Counted from the stretch's first letter, positions 47,099 through 56,205 are shown. The stretch is DNA of 64,000 nucleotides from an uncultured Pseudomonadota bacterium (GCA_963708095.1 OY970182.1:2355345-2419344); one strand, 5' to 3'. Made by a program: numbers and translations. Notes: generated by a model from the sequence alone, not told the origin.

Positions 47099-48241
47099 AT
47101 GTCGAACAATTCTATGAGCATTGATGCGCCTGCATTGGGTGGGTTCGACCCGGCTGCATCGCAGTTTTCTGTGTATCTCGATGCGTCGGGATGTTCGCCC
47201 AACACCGCGCGCGCATATGCTCAAGATCTTTCGCATCTTCGATCCTTTCTGGTTGAACAAGGTTTGGAATGGCCGAGCCTCACGCCCGCGCTTGCGGTCG
47301 ATCTGCTGCTTCACCTTCGGAGCAAGCGGAGCCATCGTCGCGGTGCTGCCCAGTATCCCTCGCTCGCGACAGTCAACGGCGAGCGGGGCGCACGTCTCAG
47401 CACCGCGACGATCAACCGGGTGTTGGCCGCCGTGTCATCATTCTACGAGTGGGGCAGGATCACCGAGCGGTTCGATGGCCCTAACCCGATCACCCGTGTT
47501 CACGATCGCGCCGCCGCTCGGGTCTCGGAACGTCATCGGCCGTTCCTGACCGGCGTTGTGCCACCGCGCCAGATACGCAGCCCGGTGCGGCTACGGCAGG
47601 TACATCGCGTGCCCCGCCCGATGTCGAATGAGGACATCGACGCGCTGATCGCGCAGCTCCGCTGCCGTCGCGATCTGGCGATAATTCGCCTGATGCTCGA
47701 CGGTGGTCTTCGTCCCGGCGAAGTGCTTGGCCTTCATCTGATCGATCTCGCCTACGGCAGACGGCGGGTGATGATCAGGGTCCGCTTCGATCATCCGCGC
47801 GGCGTGCGCAGCAAATCTAGAACCGAGCGCGTAGTCGATCTCCACGAGGCGGCGACACTGGAAGCTGTAAGCGCCTATGTGATGCGCGAGCGGCCGCAGG
47901 ATACCGATACTCCGCACCTCTTCCTCGTTGGCGGACGCGGCCCGCGCCGGCATGAGGCATTGTCCTATTCCGCGTTGGTCAGGCTGTTCGCGCGGGCCTG
48001 CACCCGCGCTGGCATTCGGACGCCGTGGATTACACCACACGCGCTGCGCCACACCCATGCGACCCGCATGTGGGAGGGCGGCATGCGCGAGCTGACGCTC
48101 CAGCGACGGCTTGGCCACGCCTCGCCCGAAGCGACCCGCGTCTACACACGCGTTTCGGACCCGATCGTCGTCGCTGAGTATCGACGCGCTCTCGGCCTCG
48201 GCGACGCGCCTGCAACCGAGCCGGGGACCACAGCGTCGTGA
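47099..48241 (+). CDS. Tyrosine recombinase (smaller subunit)
   Basis: 380 aa. HALRHTHATRMWEGGMRELTLQRRLGHASPEATRVYTR. Confidence 0.9.
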   Translation: MSNNSMSIDAPALGGFDPAASQFSVYLDASGCSPNTARAYAQDLSHLRSFLVEQGLEWPSLTPALAVDLLLHLRSKRSHRRGAAQYPSLATVNGERGARLSTATINRVLAAVSSFYEWGRITERFDGPNPITRVHDRAAARVSERHRPFLTGVVPPRQIRSPVRLRQVHRVPRPMSNEDIDALIAQLRCRRDLAIIRLMLDGGLRPGEVLGLHLIDLAYGRRRVMIRVRFDHPRGVRSKSRTERVVDLHEAATLEAVSAYVMRERPQDTDTPHLFLVGGRGPRRHEALSYSALVRLFARACTRAGIRTPWITPHALRHTHATRMWEGGMRELTLQRRLGHASPEATRVYTRVSDPIVVAEYRRALGLGDAPATEPGTTAS

Positions 48242-50283
48242 GAGCGGGCCCGGTCTCGGCCGCCGCAATGCAGGCGCGCGCAGTCGAGGAGCCGCGGAAC
48301 AATCGGAGCCGTCACTGCTCGGCGGACGAGTATGACGCGTTTCTCGCCGGTTGCGAGGTCGCCAAGCACTTCGTCCAGCAGCGCCGCAGTCATCGCAAGC
48401 TCTTCGTGCAAGCCTGGCCTGATCTCGAAGAGTGGCTTCACGCACCACTTGCCGATCGCATTGGCCGAATGGACGGGCAGACACGACGCACGCTCACCAA
48501 CCGGCCATCCTATTACGCGCGCGCCTATCTCTATTATCTGGCGCTCAACGGTCATCTGCGTCTCGACTATCCGTGGCTGCTCGCGATTGGCGACCTGTGT
48601 GTCCATGATGTCGCCTATCATATGCGCCTTGATCTGGGGGCGGATACGCTCGCGACCGAGGCCGCCGCGCTCGGCCTTCGCTGCGAGAACGCGAAGCTTG
48701 CGATGCGTTGGACGCTGGGCCGCATCGCCGTTCACGGCGGTCCACAATCGATCGACAGGCTCAATGACAACGACATCGACCAGATGCTCGTCGCGGTTCG
48801 CGAGTTCAGCAAGCGGCCAGATCTTGCCGCTTACTGGACGTCGGCCGAGCGTTATTGGCAGGTTTCCAAGAGCTGGATCACGAAGATCGGCCAGCTCAGG
48901 CTCGTGCTCTATCATCGCGGCCAGGTTCAGGAGGTACCGCGTAAGATAATGCCGTCGGCTGACCTGTGTGCGGGGCAACCGGCGATGGGCGTGCTGGTCG
49001 ATGCGTGGCTTGAACGTCGTGCGCCTGCCTTGCGACCAGCGACCACATATCATTATGCGCTGACGGCACGCCGGTTTCTCGGGCATCTCGCCGAGTCCCA
49101 TCCGCAGGTCCAGACCTTCGCCGACGTAAAGCACGATCACATTGTCAGCTGGATGGATGCGATGGCGACCGAGCTGTCGCCGACGACGGGACGGCCGCTC
49201 ACCGCACGGTCGCAGCGTGAGCGCGTCATTCGTCTGGCGCAGTTTTTCAAGGATGCTGAGGATTGGGCATGGCACAACGTGCCGAGATGGCCGCTGATCG
49301 CCAAGCGCGATCTACCGCGCGTCCCAGACCGCATACCACGTTACATTCCTCGTGCTGACCTCGAACGACTGATGGATGCTGTCAGGGCGCTGCCCGACCC
49401 GTTTCAGCGGGCTGCGATGATCGTCGCACGCTGGTCGGGCGCGCGGCGCAGCGAGGTGCGGCGTCTTACGACCGACTGCCTCAACAACTATTCCGATGGC
49501 ACGGCCCGACTGCGCATCCCGGTCGGCAAGACCGCACGCGAACGTATGATCCCACTCCATGACGAAGCGGCCGACGCTCTGCGCGCGGTGCTGGCAATCC
49601 GCGCGGAGGTCGCCGACCGGCGCTTGCCCGACGAGCGAACCGGCGATCTGGTCCGGTTCGTGTTCGTCTGGCGAGGCAAGCTTATGAGCGATCGGCATCT
49701 GTTCGGAACGCCGCTTAGGCGCGCATGCGAAGCAGCGAGTCTTGTCGACGCTGTCGGCAAACCGACGATCACCATGCATCGCTTTCGCCATACGCTCGGC
49801 ACCGAACTTGCCGAGCGCGGCGCGAAGCTGCACACGATCATGAGCATCCTCGGCCATGAGAGTCCACAGATGACGATGGTCTATGCGCGGATAAGCGATG
49901 CCGAGGTATTGCGCGACTATCGCTCGGTGCTCGAACCAGGCGCCGTGATCGCGGGTGCGGGAGCCGAGGCGATCCGCGCCGGCGCCCTCTGCGACAGTGC
50001 GATCGATTGGTTGCGCACCAACTTCCTGAAGACCGAGCTCGAGCTGGGGCATTGCCTGCGGCTGCCCTCGGAAGGGCCGTGCGAATGTGATCTCTATCTG
50101 AGTTGCTCGCGGTTCGTGACGACGCCAACTTATGCTCCGAGGCTGCGAGAGCGCCACCGGCTCGAACTGTCTCTTGCAGACGATGCCCGCGAGCGGTCCT
50201 GGCCGCGGGAGGTCGAGCGGCACTGCTCGGTCGCCCGCCGTATCGAGCAGTTGCTCACAGATCTTGGACAAGGAGTAGATTGA
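48238..50283 (+). CDS. Tyrosine recombinase (large subunit)
   Basis: 681 aa. GTG start in a GTGA overlap with the upstream stop. HRFRHTLGTELAERGAKLHTIMSILGHESPQMTMVYAR. Confidence 0.9.
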   Translation: MRAGPVSAAAMQARAVEEPRNNRSRHCSADEYDAFLAGCEVAKHFVQQRRSHRKLFVQAWPDLEEWLHAPLADRIGRMDGQTRRTLTNRPSYYARAYLYYLALNGHLRLDYPWLLAIGDLCVHDVAYHMRLDLGADTLATEAAALGLRCENAKLAMRWTLGRIAVHGGPQSIDRLNDNDIDQMLVAVREFSKRPDLAAYWTSAERYWQVSKSWITKIGQLRLVLYHRGQVQEVPRKIMPSADLCAGQPAMGVLVDAWLERRAPALRPATTYHYALTARRFLGHLAESHPQVQTFADVKHDHIVSWMDAMATELSPTTGRPLTARSQRERVIRLAQFFKDAEDWAWHNVPRWPLIAKRDLPRVPDRIPRYIPRADLERLMDAVRALPDPFQRAAMIVARWSGARRSEVRRLTTDCLNNYSDGTARLRIPVGKTARERMIPLHDEAADALRAVLAIRAEVADRRLPDERTGDLVRFVFVWRGKLMSDRHLFGTPLRRACEAASLVDAVGKPTITMHRFRHTLGTELAERGAKLHTIMSILGHESPQMTMVYARISDAEVLRDYRSVLEPGAVIAGAGAEAIRAGALCDSAIDWLRTNFLKTELELGHCLRLPSEGPCECDLYLSCSRFVTTPTYAPRLRERHRLELSLADDARERSWPREVERHCSVARRIEQLLTDLGQGVD

Positions 50284-50464
50284 GATGGCGACAGCGCGTG
50301 TGGCCCGGTGCTCGCCCCGGTGGGTCCACAGGCACCTCCCCGCCGCCCGCTCCGCTTGCGCGCTGATACGCGCTACGCGGACGGCGGGGCCCCTCCTATG
50401 GACTACCGGGACGACCACCTCCGTCAGTGCCAAGATCAGACCGCGCTTGCATGTCCACATAACC

Positions 50465-50625
50465 GCCATGAAGATACCTTCCGCATGATGCCGGAGTGCA
50501 CGATGTCGAAAATCCGAGGTCAACATCTTCGACTCGTCGAACCAGGCGTGGAGCGGCAGGTAATCATCCGCAGTTCCGCCCCAAAGGCGCGCCGAGGACA
50601 GGGCGTGATGATATGGATGTGCCAT
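50465..50625 (-). pseudogene. N-terminal fragment of the DUF6915-like gene
   Basis: MAHPYHHALSSARLWGGTADDYLPLHAWFDESKMLTSDFRHRALRHHAEGIFMA, then element sequence. Confidence 0.65.
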
Positions 50626-50636
50626 CGTCGCCTCCA

Positions 50637-51101
50637 TCAGAATTCGTGTTCGGAGTAGGAGGTCGTCATCACGCGCTCGTTGTATTCCAAACGGATGGTG
50701 CGCTCGCCGACGTCGAAGGTGAATTCGCCATAGGCGCCGTCTTCGTTCTCCCAGCCGTCATGCGCCTCTTCGAGGAAGTCGTAGGCCAGCTTCTCGATGG
50801 CGTCGCGCGCCGACATGGTCTCGGTCTGCACGCCACTTCCGTCCCAGAGCGGGGTGCGGATCTCGATGGTGCCGTCGGGCAATGCGGCGGCGGTTTCGTC
50901 TGGGTTCGTCGCGTCGATGCTCTCGATCTGTCCGGAATCACCGGCGCCGTCGAAGTGAACGGTGATATGCTGGATGCCAGCCGCCTGAAGCACTGCGAAT
51001 AGCGCGGCCTTGTTGAGCGGTGTCACCTCGCGGGCCAGATGGGCGCGCAGCCGGGCCTGGGCCTCGTACGGCGCGAAGGCATCGTTCGGGTTGTCGATCA
51101 T
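50637..51101 (-). CDS. Conserved ICE-associated protein (DUF6878-like)
   Basis: MIDNPNDAFAPYEAQARLRAHL...VHFDGAGDSGQIESI...GWENEDGAYGEFTFDV. Confidence 0.55.
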   Translation of the reverse strand: MIDNPNDAFAPYEAQARLRAHLAREVTPLNKAALFAVLQAAGIQHITVHFDGAGDSGQIESIDATNPDETAAALPDGTIEIRTPLWDGSGVQTETMSARDAIEKLAYDFLEEAHDGWENEDGAYGEFTFDVGERTIRLEYNERVMTTSYSEHEF

Positions 51102-51129
51102 GGGGGTGTTCCTCCGGGGTTCGAGAAAG

Positions 51130-51170
51130 CCGATGAAGGCCCGAGGCAGGATGCCCCGGGCCGTCATCGG
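51130..51170 (-). terminator. Intercistronic hairpin immediately after the parB-like stop (attenuator, terminator or RNA stabiliser)
   Basis: 17-bp arms (CCGATGAAGGCCCGAGG / CCCCGGGCCGTCATCGG) with 2 mismatches and a 7-nt loop. In gene sense it is followed by CUUUCUCG. Confidence 0.35.
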
Positions 51171-53291
51171 TCACTCAGCGGCGATGGCCTGCGGCACGGC
51201 GGGATCTTCGGCGTCGATCAGGAACGCCGGCAGTGCGGTGATCGCGTCGGCGTCACCGCCGGCCGCCTCCTCGGCTTCATCGTCACTGGCGGCGAGAGGG
51301 ACGGCCGCAGCCTCAGGCAACCCGGGCGTGCGGAGCGGCTCCGGCAGCCAGCCGGTGCCGGCGAGCAGCCGTTCGGCCTCCTGCGCCATCTCCGGCTTCT
51401 TCAGGTGGTCGATCAACTGCGCGGCGTGCTCGCTCTTTGCCTCGCGCACCGCCTCCAGGATGCGGGCCTTCGGCACCCGGCCGAGATAGGTCTCGACGGT
51501 TGGCACCCAGCCGGCCGCCGCCATGTCGAGACCGACCGCCTGCGCCAGTCGATCGGCGTGGGCCAGCGCGCCCGGACGACGGTTCCAGGGTTCGTGCAGC
51601 GCGTTGATCGTCAGTGCGGCGCAATGCGCAAACAGCGCCGCGCGCGTGTCGGTGTCGAACCCGACGAGCGCATCCCAGAGTTCTCTGGACGTCGCGGGCA
51701 ACTGCTTCACCCACGCCTCGTGCCGCACGTCGATGGCCTGGGCGGACGCGGTGTCGTTCAGTCCCGGAGCCTGGGTCCCGAACCCGGCGCTCTTGGCCTC
51801 GATCTCCAGGCACGTGTCGGCGGCGGAGCGATAGAACAGGCGGAGGCAAAACGCGTGGAGCACGGCCAGCAACGCCGTGTCGCAGTCGTTCCCCAAGGCT
51901 TCCCGCAACGCGAGCGTCCGGTGTGCGGTGAGTTCCGTCATCAGCCGCTCGGGCAGCGGCTTCAGCCCCTCGTCCTCCTCGGGCACCTCGGCGGACGGAT
52001 CCGCGGCCGTGATGGTCGTGGTCGAGCGTGCCTGCGGCAGCGACAGATCGCGATCGGTATCGGGCATCGTGCTGGCCGGCTCCGCGGCCTGATCGGGATC
52101 GTCGGGCGCAGCGACCGGCGGCTCGTCCTCGGGCCGCACGTAGCCGCGCTCGATGCGCAGCGCGCCGTCCCGGTCGATACTGACGAACGCACCGGCGCGC
52201 ACGATGTCGTCGCGATCGAACTTCGGCGGACGGTTCTGGAATGCCCCAATCGCCGTCTCGATCTCGACCAGCCGTGCCTCGACCGCGTCCGGCAGTTCGT
52301 CGGTCTCGCCATACTGCTCCTCCAGCGCGTCGTATTCGGCCTTCAGCGCCTCGAACTCCGTCTGCTCTGCTTCGATGAGGGGATTGGTGGTGGGCAGCGG
52401 ACGCAGTCCGTGCCGGTGGCCGTAGGGGAAGTCCGGCGCGGCCTCGACCCATTTCCAGCCCTCGGCGCGGATGGCGTCGGCCTCCCGCGCCAGGCGCTCG
52501 GCCACCAGCCGGTCGAGCAATGCCGGATCCTGCAACCAGCCGCCCTCGTCCTCCTGGAACAGGTCGCGCATCACGATGCCGCCTAAGGCTTCGTACGCCT
52601 CGATGCCGACGAAGCAGGCGCGCCGGTCGCTTGCGCGTACCGCGCCCTCGGTCAGCATGCGGCGGATGATGTGTGGCTCCTTGTTCCAGCCACGCTGGAT
52701 CGTCGCCCACACCTGCTCCTGCCGCGCGTGATCGTCGCTGACGCAGAACGCCATCAGCTGATCGAGCGTCATCGCCCCCTCGGCATAGGCGTCGAGCAGC
52801 GCCTGGTTGGCGGCGGCGAGCTTGAGCCGCTGGCGCACCACCGCGGCGGTGACACCGAACGCCGCGGCGATCTCCTCCTCGCCCTGGCCCTTCGTGCGCA
52901 GCGCCTGGAAGGCGCGGAACTGATCGAGCGGATGCAGCGCCTCGCGGTCGGTGTTCTCGGCGAGGCTGTCCTCCTCGGCGAGGCCCTCGGTCTTGACGAT
53001 GCAGGGGATGGGCGCGGTCTTGGCCAGGCGCTTCTGCCGGACCAGCAGTTCCAGCGCCCGGAAGCGCCGTCCGCCGGCGGGCACCTCGAACATGCCGGTC
53101 TCATTGCCCTCGGCGTCCAGCACCGGGCGCACGCTCAGGCTTTGCAGCAGGGAACGCCGGGCGATGCTCTCGGCCAGCGCCTCGATCGAGACGCCGGCCT
53201 TCACGCGCCGGACATTGGCCTGGCTGAGGACGAGCTTGTTGAACGGGATGTCCCGGGACGGGTTCAGGACGATCTTTTGGGTCGCAGCCAT
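51171..53291 (-). CDS. ParB/Srx-domain protein (large ICE ParB-like)
   Basis: 706 aa. The N-terminus LVLSQANVRRVKAGVSIEALAESIARRSLLQSLSVRP...EVPAGGRRFRAL is a ParB N-domain with the GGRR box. Confidence 0.85.
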   Translation of the reverse strand: MAATQKIVLNPSRDIPFNKLVLSQANVRRVKAGVSIEALAESIARRSLLQSLSVRPVLDAEGNETGMFEVPAGGRRFRALELLVRQKRLAKTAPIPCIVKTEGLAEEDSLAENTDREALHPLDQFRAFQALRTKGQGEEEIAAAFGVTAAVVRQRLKLAAANQALLDAYAEGAMTLDQLMAFCVSDDHARQEQVWATIQRGWNKEPHIIRRMLTEGAVRASDRRACFVGIEAYEALGGIVMRDLFQEDEGGWLQDPALLDRLVAERLAREADAIRAEGWKWVEAAPDFPYGHRHGLRPLPTTNPLIEAEQTEFEALKAEYDALEEQYGETDELPDAVEARLVEIETAIGAFQNRPPKFDRDDIVRAGAFVSIDRDGALRIERGYVRPEDEPPVAAPDDPDQAAEPASTMPDTDRDLSLPQARSTTTITAADPSAEVPEEDEGLKPLPERLMTELTAHRTLALREALGNDCDTALLAVLHAFCLRLFYRSAADTCLEIEAKSAGFGTQAPGLNDTASAQAIDVRHEAWVKQLPATSRELWDALVGFDTDTRAALFAHCAALTINALHEPWNRRPGALAHADRLAQAVGLDMAAAGWVPTVETYLGRVPKARILEAVREAKSEHAAQLIDHLKKPEMAQEAERLLAGTGWLPEPLRTPGLPEAAAVPLAASDDEAEEAAGGDADAITALPAFLIDAEDPAVPQAIAAE

Positions 53292-53295
53292 CGGT

Positions 53296-53350
53296 GATCT
53301 CCGCGACGGGCCGGCCGGGAGCCGCTCTCCCAGCCCCTCGACCCGTCACG
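53296..53350 (-). promoter_or_regulatory. Class-A structured leader, copy 1 (before the parB-like gene)
   Basis: In gene sense: CGUGACGG...GGCUGGGAG-AGCGG-CUCCCGGCC...CCGUCGCGGAGA, then 4 nt and the AUG. Confidence 0.5.
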
Positions 53351-53392
53351 AAAATCCCCTCCGCCCTCTAACTCCCGGCGGCGATGCGAGCC

Positions 53393-53788
53393 TCACGCGC
53401 CGGGGTCATCCGCCGCTGGTTCCGGCAGGTTGACCACGTCGGCGCCGGCGGCGCGGTAGGCCGCCGCGACCGCCACCAGGGGCGCGTAGCTGAACGGGCC
53501 ATGCGGCGGCGGGTCAGGCGGCGCGCCGACGGCGACCATCGGCCCGCGAATGACGAGCCGCGCCACGGCATCGAAGGCGACGCCACGGCTGTCGATCACC
53601 GGCAGGCCCGCTTCGATGCAGGCCGCCTTGATCGGCTCGGAGTCGTATCCCAGGAGCCGGCATCCATCCCCATACCAGAGGATGAAGCCGCCCCGGCCGA
53701 TCGAGAGATGGCCACCCTCGGTCGCCAGGGCTTCCGCGATCAGGTCGGAATGGTGGGAGTGGAGGTCGGCGTTTTCGGTCGCGTTCAT
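53393..53788 (-). CDS. Conserved hypothetical protein between ardC and the parB-like gene
   Basis: 131-aa ORF preceded by a class-A leader with a Shine-Dalgarno sequence. Family not recognised. Confidence 0.55.
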   Translation of the reverse strand: MNATENADLHSHHSDLIAEALATEGGHLSIGRGGFILWYGDGCRLLGYDSEPIKAACIEAGLPVIDSRGVAFDAVARLVIRGPMVAVGAPPDPPPHGPFSYAPLVAVAAAYRAAGADVVNLPEPAADDPGA

Positions 53789-53792
53789 GGCA

Positions 53793-53848
53793 GATCTCCG
53801 CGACGGACCGGCCGGAAGCCTCTCTCCCGACCCTTCGACCCGTCACGG
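53793..53848 (-). promoter_or_regulatory. Class-A structured leader, copy 2
   Basis: CCGUGACGG...GGUCGGGAG-AGAGG-CUUCCGGCC...CCGUCGCGGAGA. The ardC stop codon (53843-53845) is the UGA inside the outer stem. Confidence 0.5.
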
Positions 53849-54832
53849 AATGTCGGCGGCCCTCTGGCTCTCGGGCGCCGAGGCCGGCATCGCGAGACCC
53901 GCTGGAGCTTCCGGCTCACTTTCATCAACCTGGAACGCCAGCAGATAGTCGGCGGCTTTCGAGGCCGCGCTGGCGGCGCGGATGATCGCGCGATCATCGT
54001 CGCGCAGCACCTCGAGCCACGAGCCGACGTAGTCGGCGTGCCGCACAGTCGGCACGATGCCGAGGCTGGCGCAGAGGAACGCCGCCGTCATCTCGGCGAC
54101 CAGTTCTTCCTTCGCGTAGCTGGCGGAGCCGAAGCCGCCGGACATGTCGCGGGCCAGCCGATGGGCCGCGCCGGACCAGTGGCCGAGCTCGTGGAGAGCC
54201 GTGCGATGCCAGTTCACCGGCTCGAAGTATGCTTGCGGCGGTGGCACCTGGATGAAGTCGCCCATGACCGAATAGAACGCGCGGTCGCCGTCGATCCTGA
54301 TGTCGGCGCCACTGGCCCGGATCAGCGCCTCGGCCTGGGGCAGGATCAGGCCCTCGGGAACCGGTGGTGCCACGGATGCGACCGCGTCGGGCAGTCCGTC
54401 GCACTGATCGGTGTTGAACACGGTGAAGCGCTTGAGGAACGGGATGGCGCTCGGCTCGTCGCCGTCGCGGTCGGCGCGCTTACGCTCGGCCTCCGGCACG
54501 AAGCGATCGGCGTAGACCACCGTGGTGCCCCGTTCGCCTTTGCGGACATTGCCCCCGAGCCCGAGCGCCTGGCGGAAGGTGAGCCAGGCCTGGCCGGAAT
54601 AGCCGCGCTCGATCACCGCGCCCCAGAGGATCAGCACGTTGATCCCCGAATAGCGCCGGCCGGTCGCCGCGTTCCTCGGCAGGCCGACGGCCGCCCCGGT
54701 GCCCGAGGCGCCCCAGGGCTGGATCCAGGGCAGGCGTCCGGCCTCCAGCTCGGCGATGATCTTGTCGGTGATTTCGGCATAGAGGCTCGCCCGGTCCTGG
54801 CCGGCACGAGGGCGAGCGGATGAACGTGACAT
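53843..54832 (-). CDS. ardC: ArdC-type antirestriction protein (ssDNA-binding N-domain plus zincin peptidase)
   Basis: YAEITDKIIAELEAGRLPWIQPWG and HELGHWSGA (HExxH). Start set at 54832 by alignment of the conserved leader (the track start is 54859). Confidence 0.9.
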   Translation of the reverse strand: MSRSSARPRAGQDRASLYAEITDKIIAELEAGRLPWIQPWGASGTGAAVGLPRNAATGRRYSGINVLILWGAVIERGYSGQAWLTFRQALGLGGNVRKGERGTTVVYADRFVPEAERKRADRDGDEPSAIPFLKRFTVFNTDQCDGLPDAVASVAPPVPEGLILPQAEALIRASGADIRIDGDRAFYSVMGDFIQVPPPQAYFEPVNWHRTALHELGHWSGAAHRLARDMSGGFGSASYAKEELVAEMTAAFLCASLGIVPTVRHADYVGSWLEVLRDDDRAIIRAASAASKAADYLLAFQVDESEPEAPAGLAMPASAPESQRAADIP

Positions 54833-54836
54833 CGCG

Positions 54837-54889
54837 GGTCTCCGCGACGGGCGCCGCAAGCCTCTCTCGCGGCCATAAACCCGTCACGG
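54837..54889 (-). promoter_or_regulatory. Class-A structured leader, copy 3 (before ardC)
   Basis: CCGUGACGG...GCCGCGAG-AGAGG-CUUGCGGC...CCGUCGCGGAGA. Confidence 0.5.
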
Positions 54890-55011
54890 CCAACCCGGCC
54901 GAACTCCCACTCTGGAACTTTGCCCTGCCTCAGCCGCAGGTCGCCCACAAACCCGACCACGGAGGCGACGAGCCGGTTCAGCGACGCTCTCGTCACGACC
55001 CTTCGTGGGGG

Positions 55012-56205
55012 CTATGCCTTGAAGCTGCCCAGATTCTCCCACACGACGTCGTCTGCAATCTGATTGACCAGGAAATCCGCCCATGCCTGCGAGTAGGTGT
55101 AGGATTTGAAGGGCGGGTGATAGATGCAGAATTTCTTGTCGGTTGTGGCGGGATCGCCTGCGCCGGTCTTGGGGCGGGCCTTGAACATCTTCCACGCACG
55201 CTGATGCCTGTCGCTCGTGAAGTTCCGTCCGCTTTTGTCAGCCACCAGATTCACGACGTCGCCTGGCTTTAAGGGATAGAGGTCATCGAGTGGCTTATAT
55301 TTGAGCAGTACATTCTGGATCTCCTTACCCTCGGCGGAATCGGGTTGGACAAACTGGAAGTGCGCCTTCGCCTTTGATGCGTTAGTGAGCGTATAGACGA
55401 CCTTGAATTGATACTCGAGATTGTCGGCGTCGCCTTCGTCGAGCCTTGCAGCCAAGTTGGCGTCGAGGGCCGCAATGTGCTCAGGCAACTCGAAGCCTTC
55501 CAACGCGGCGATCTCCTCCGTGGTCATCTTGGCGAACTGGAGGGAGAAGCCCAGTTCGCGGCCCAGTGTGAGCCGCGGGCCGAACAACTCGGTCAGGGCT
55601 CTCTCAAAGTTTAGACAGGTAGACTGGAACAGGGGTAGCCACTTACGGTCAAAAGACCCGATCGTGCGGTGCTCGACGACGTCCCGGATGTCCTTGAGCG
55701 CCGCCAGGTTTTGCTTGCACGCTTTGGAGAGTGGGCAATCGTCGCGTGCAATCATCTGGGAGAGGAGCAGGCTGAATCCATCCTTGTTGATGATCGCAAC
55801 ACCCTTGGACTCATAGAATTCGTGTAGCAGGTAGGTCCAAGCGACATTCGTCAGCATCGAGAAGACCCCAGCCTTGAAGGCGATCCGAGGGGTATTAAAC
55901 AGTTCGACCGCAAGGATCATTGCCTCACGGGCGCGGACAAGGCGCTCATTGTCGATCGGGCAGAGGCCCGTGACGTGATCGAAAAGCAGCTTCTTCTGCC
56001 GAAAAGCATCTACCTGCTGCTTCGTGGCAGGCACGACCATGCCGTCGGCCTTTATCCCTGCGATGCGCCCGAAATTGATGGAAGCGGACCTGCCCGTGTT
56101 GATTAGCGCCTGGATATCTTGGTTCCGCCAGCCCTCGTCGAGCAGCGCTTTGATCACCGACCTCTCGATCGGCGTCAGCATCGATTTGGACGGCTTCTTG
56201 ACCAT
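55012..56205 (-). CDS. DUF3644-like protein
   Basis: 397 aa, visibly lower GC with A/T-ending codons. The core REAMILAVELFNTPRIAFKAGVFSMLTNVAWTYLLHEFY resembles DUF3644. Confidence 0.6.
   Translation of the reverse strand: MVKKPSKSMLTPIERSVIKALLDEGWRNQDIQALINTGRSASINFGRIAGIKADGMVVPATKQQVDAFRQKKLLFDHVTGLCPIDNERLVRAREAMILAVELFNTPRIAFKAGVFSMLTNVAWTYLLHEFYESKGVAIINKDGFSLLLSQMIARDDCPLSKACKQNLAALKDIRDVVEHRTIGSFDRKWLPLFQSTCLNFERALTELFGPRLTLGRELGFSLQFAKMTTEEIAALEGFELPEHIAALDANLAARLDEGDADNLEYQFKVVYTLTNASKAKAHFQFVQPDSAEGKEIQNVLLKYKPLDDLYPLKPGDVVNLVADKSGRNFTSDRHQRAWKMFKARPKTGAGDPATTDKKFCIYHPPFKSYTYSQAWADFLVNQIADDVVWENLGSFKA

Larger units (their letters stand above)
47024..50464 (+). mobile_element. Two-tyrosine-recombinase element (Tn554 tnpA/tnpB-like arrangement)
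   Basis: Flanked by GCCAT direct repeats (47019-47023, 50465-50469). The ends are imperfect inverted repeats: TATATGGACA and, on the reverse complement, TATGTGGACA. Removing the element restores ...HAEGIFMAEQFFGPT... Confidence 0.75.

Noticed and set aside
45998-47335. 445-aa minus-strand ORF.
   Set aside because: It is a chimera. Its 5' part (47335-47024) is off-frame sequence inside the inserted recombinase element. The middle (47023-46865) is the DUF6915-like C-terminal fragment, and the rest is antisense to the amine oxidase gene.
50284-50464. A third small (tnpC-like) gene in the first two-recombinase element (for example the 50285-50488 ORF).
   Set aside because: The candidate ORF crosses the element boundary, has a low-complexity translation and has no ribosome-binding site.
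49312-50637. 441-aa minus-strand ORF.
   Set aside because: Only the first ~57 codons (from 50625) are real (the DUF6915-like N-terminus). The rest is antisense read-through into the inserted recombinase element.
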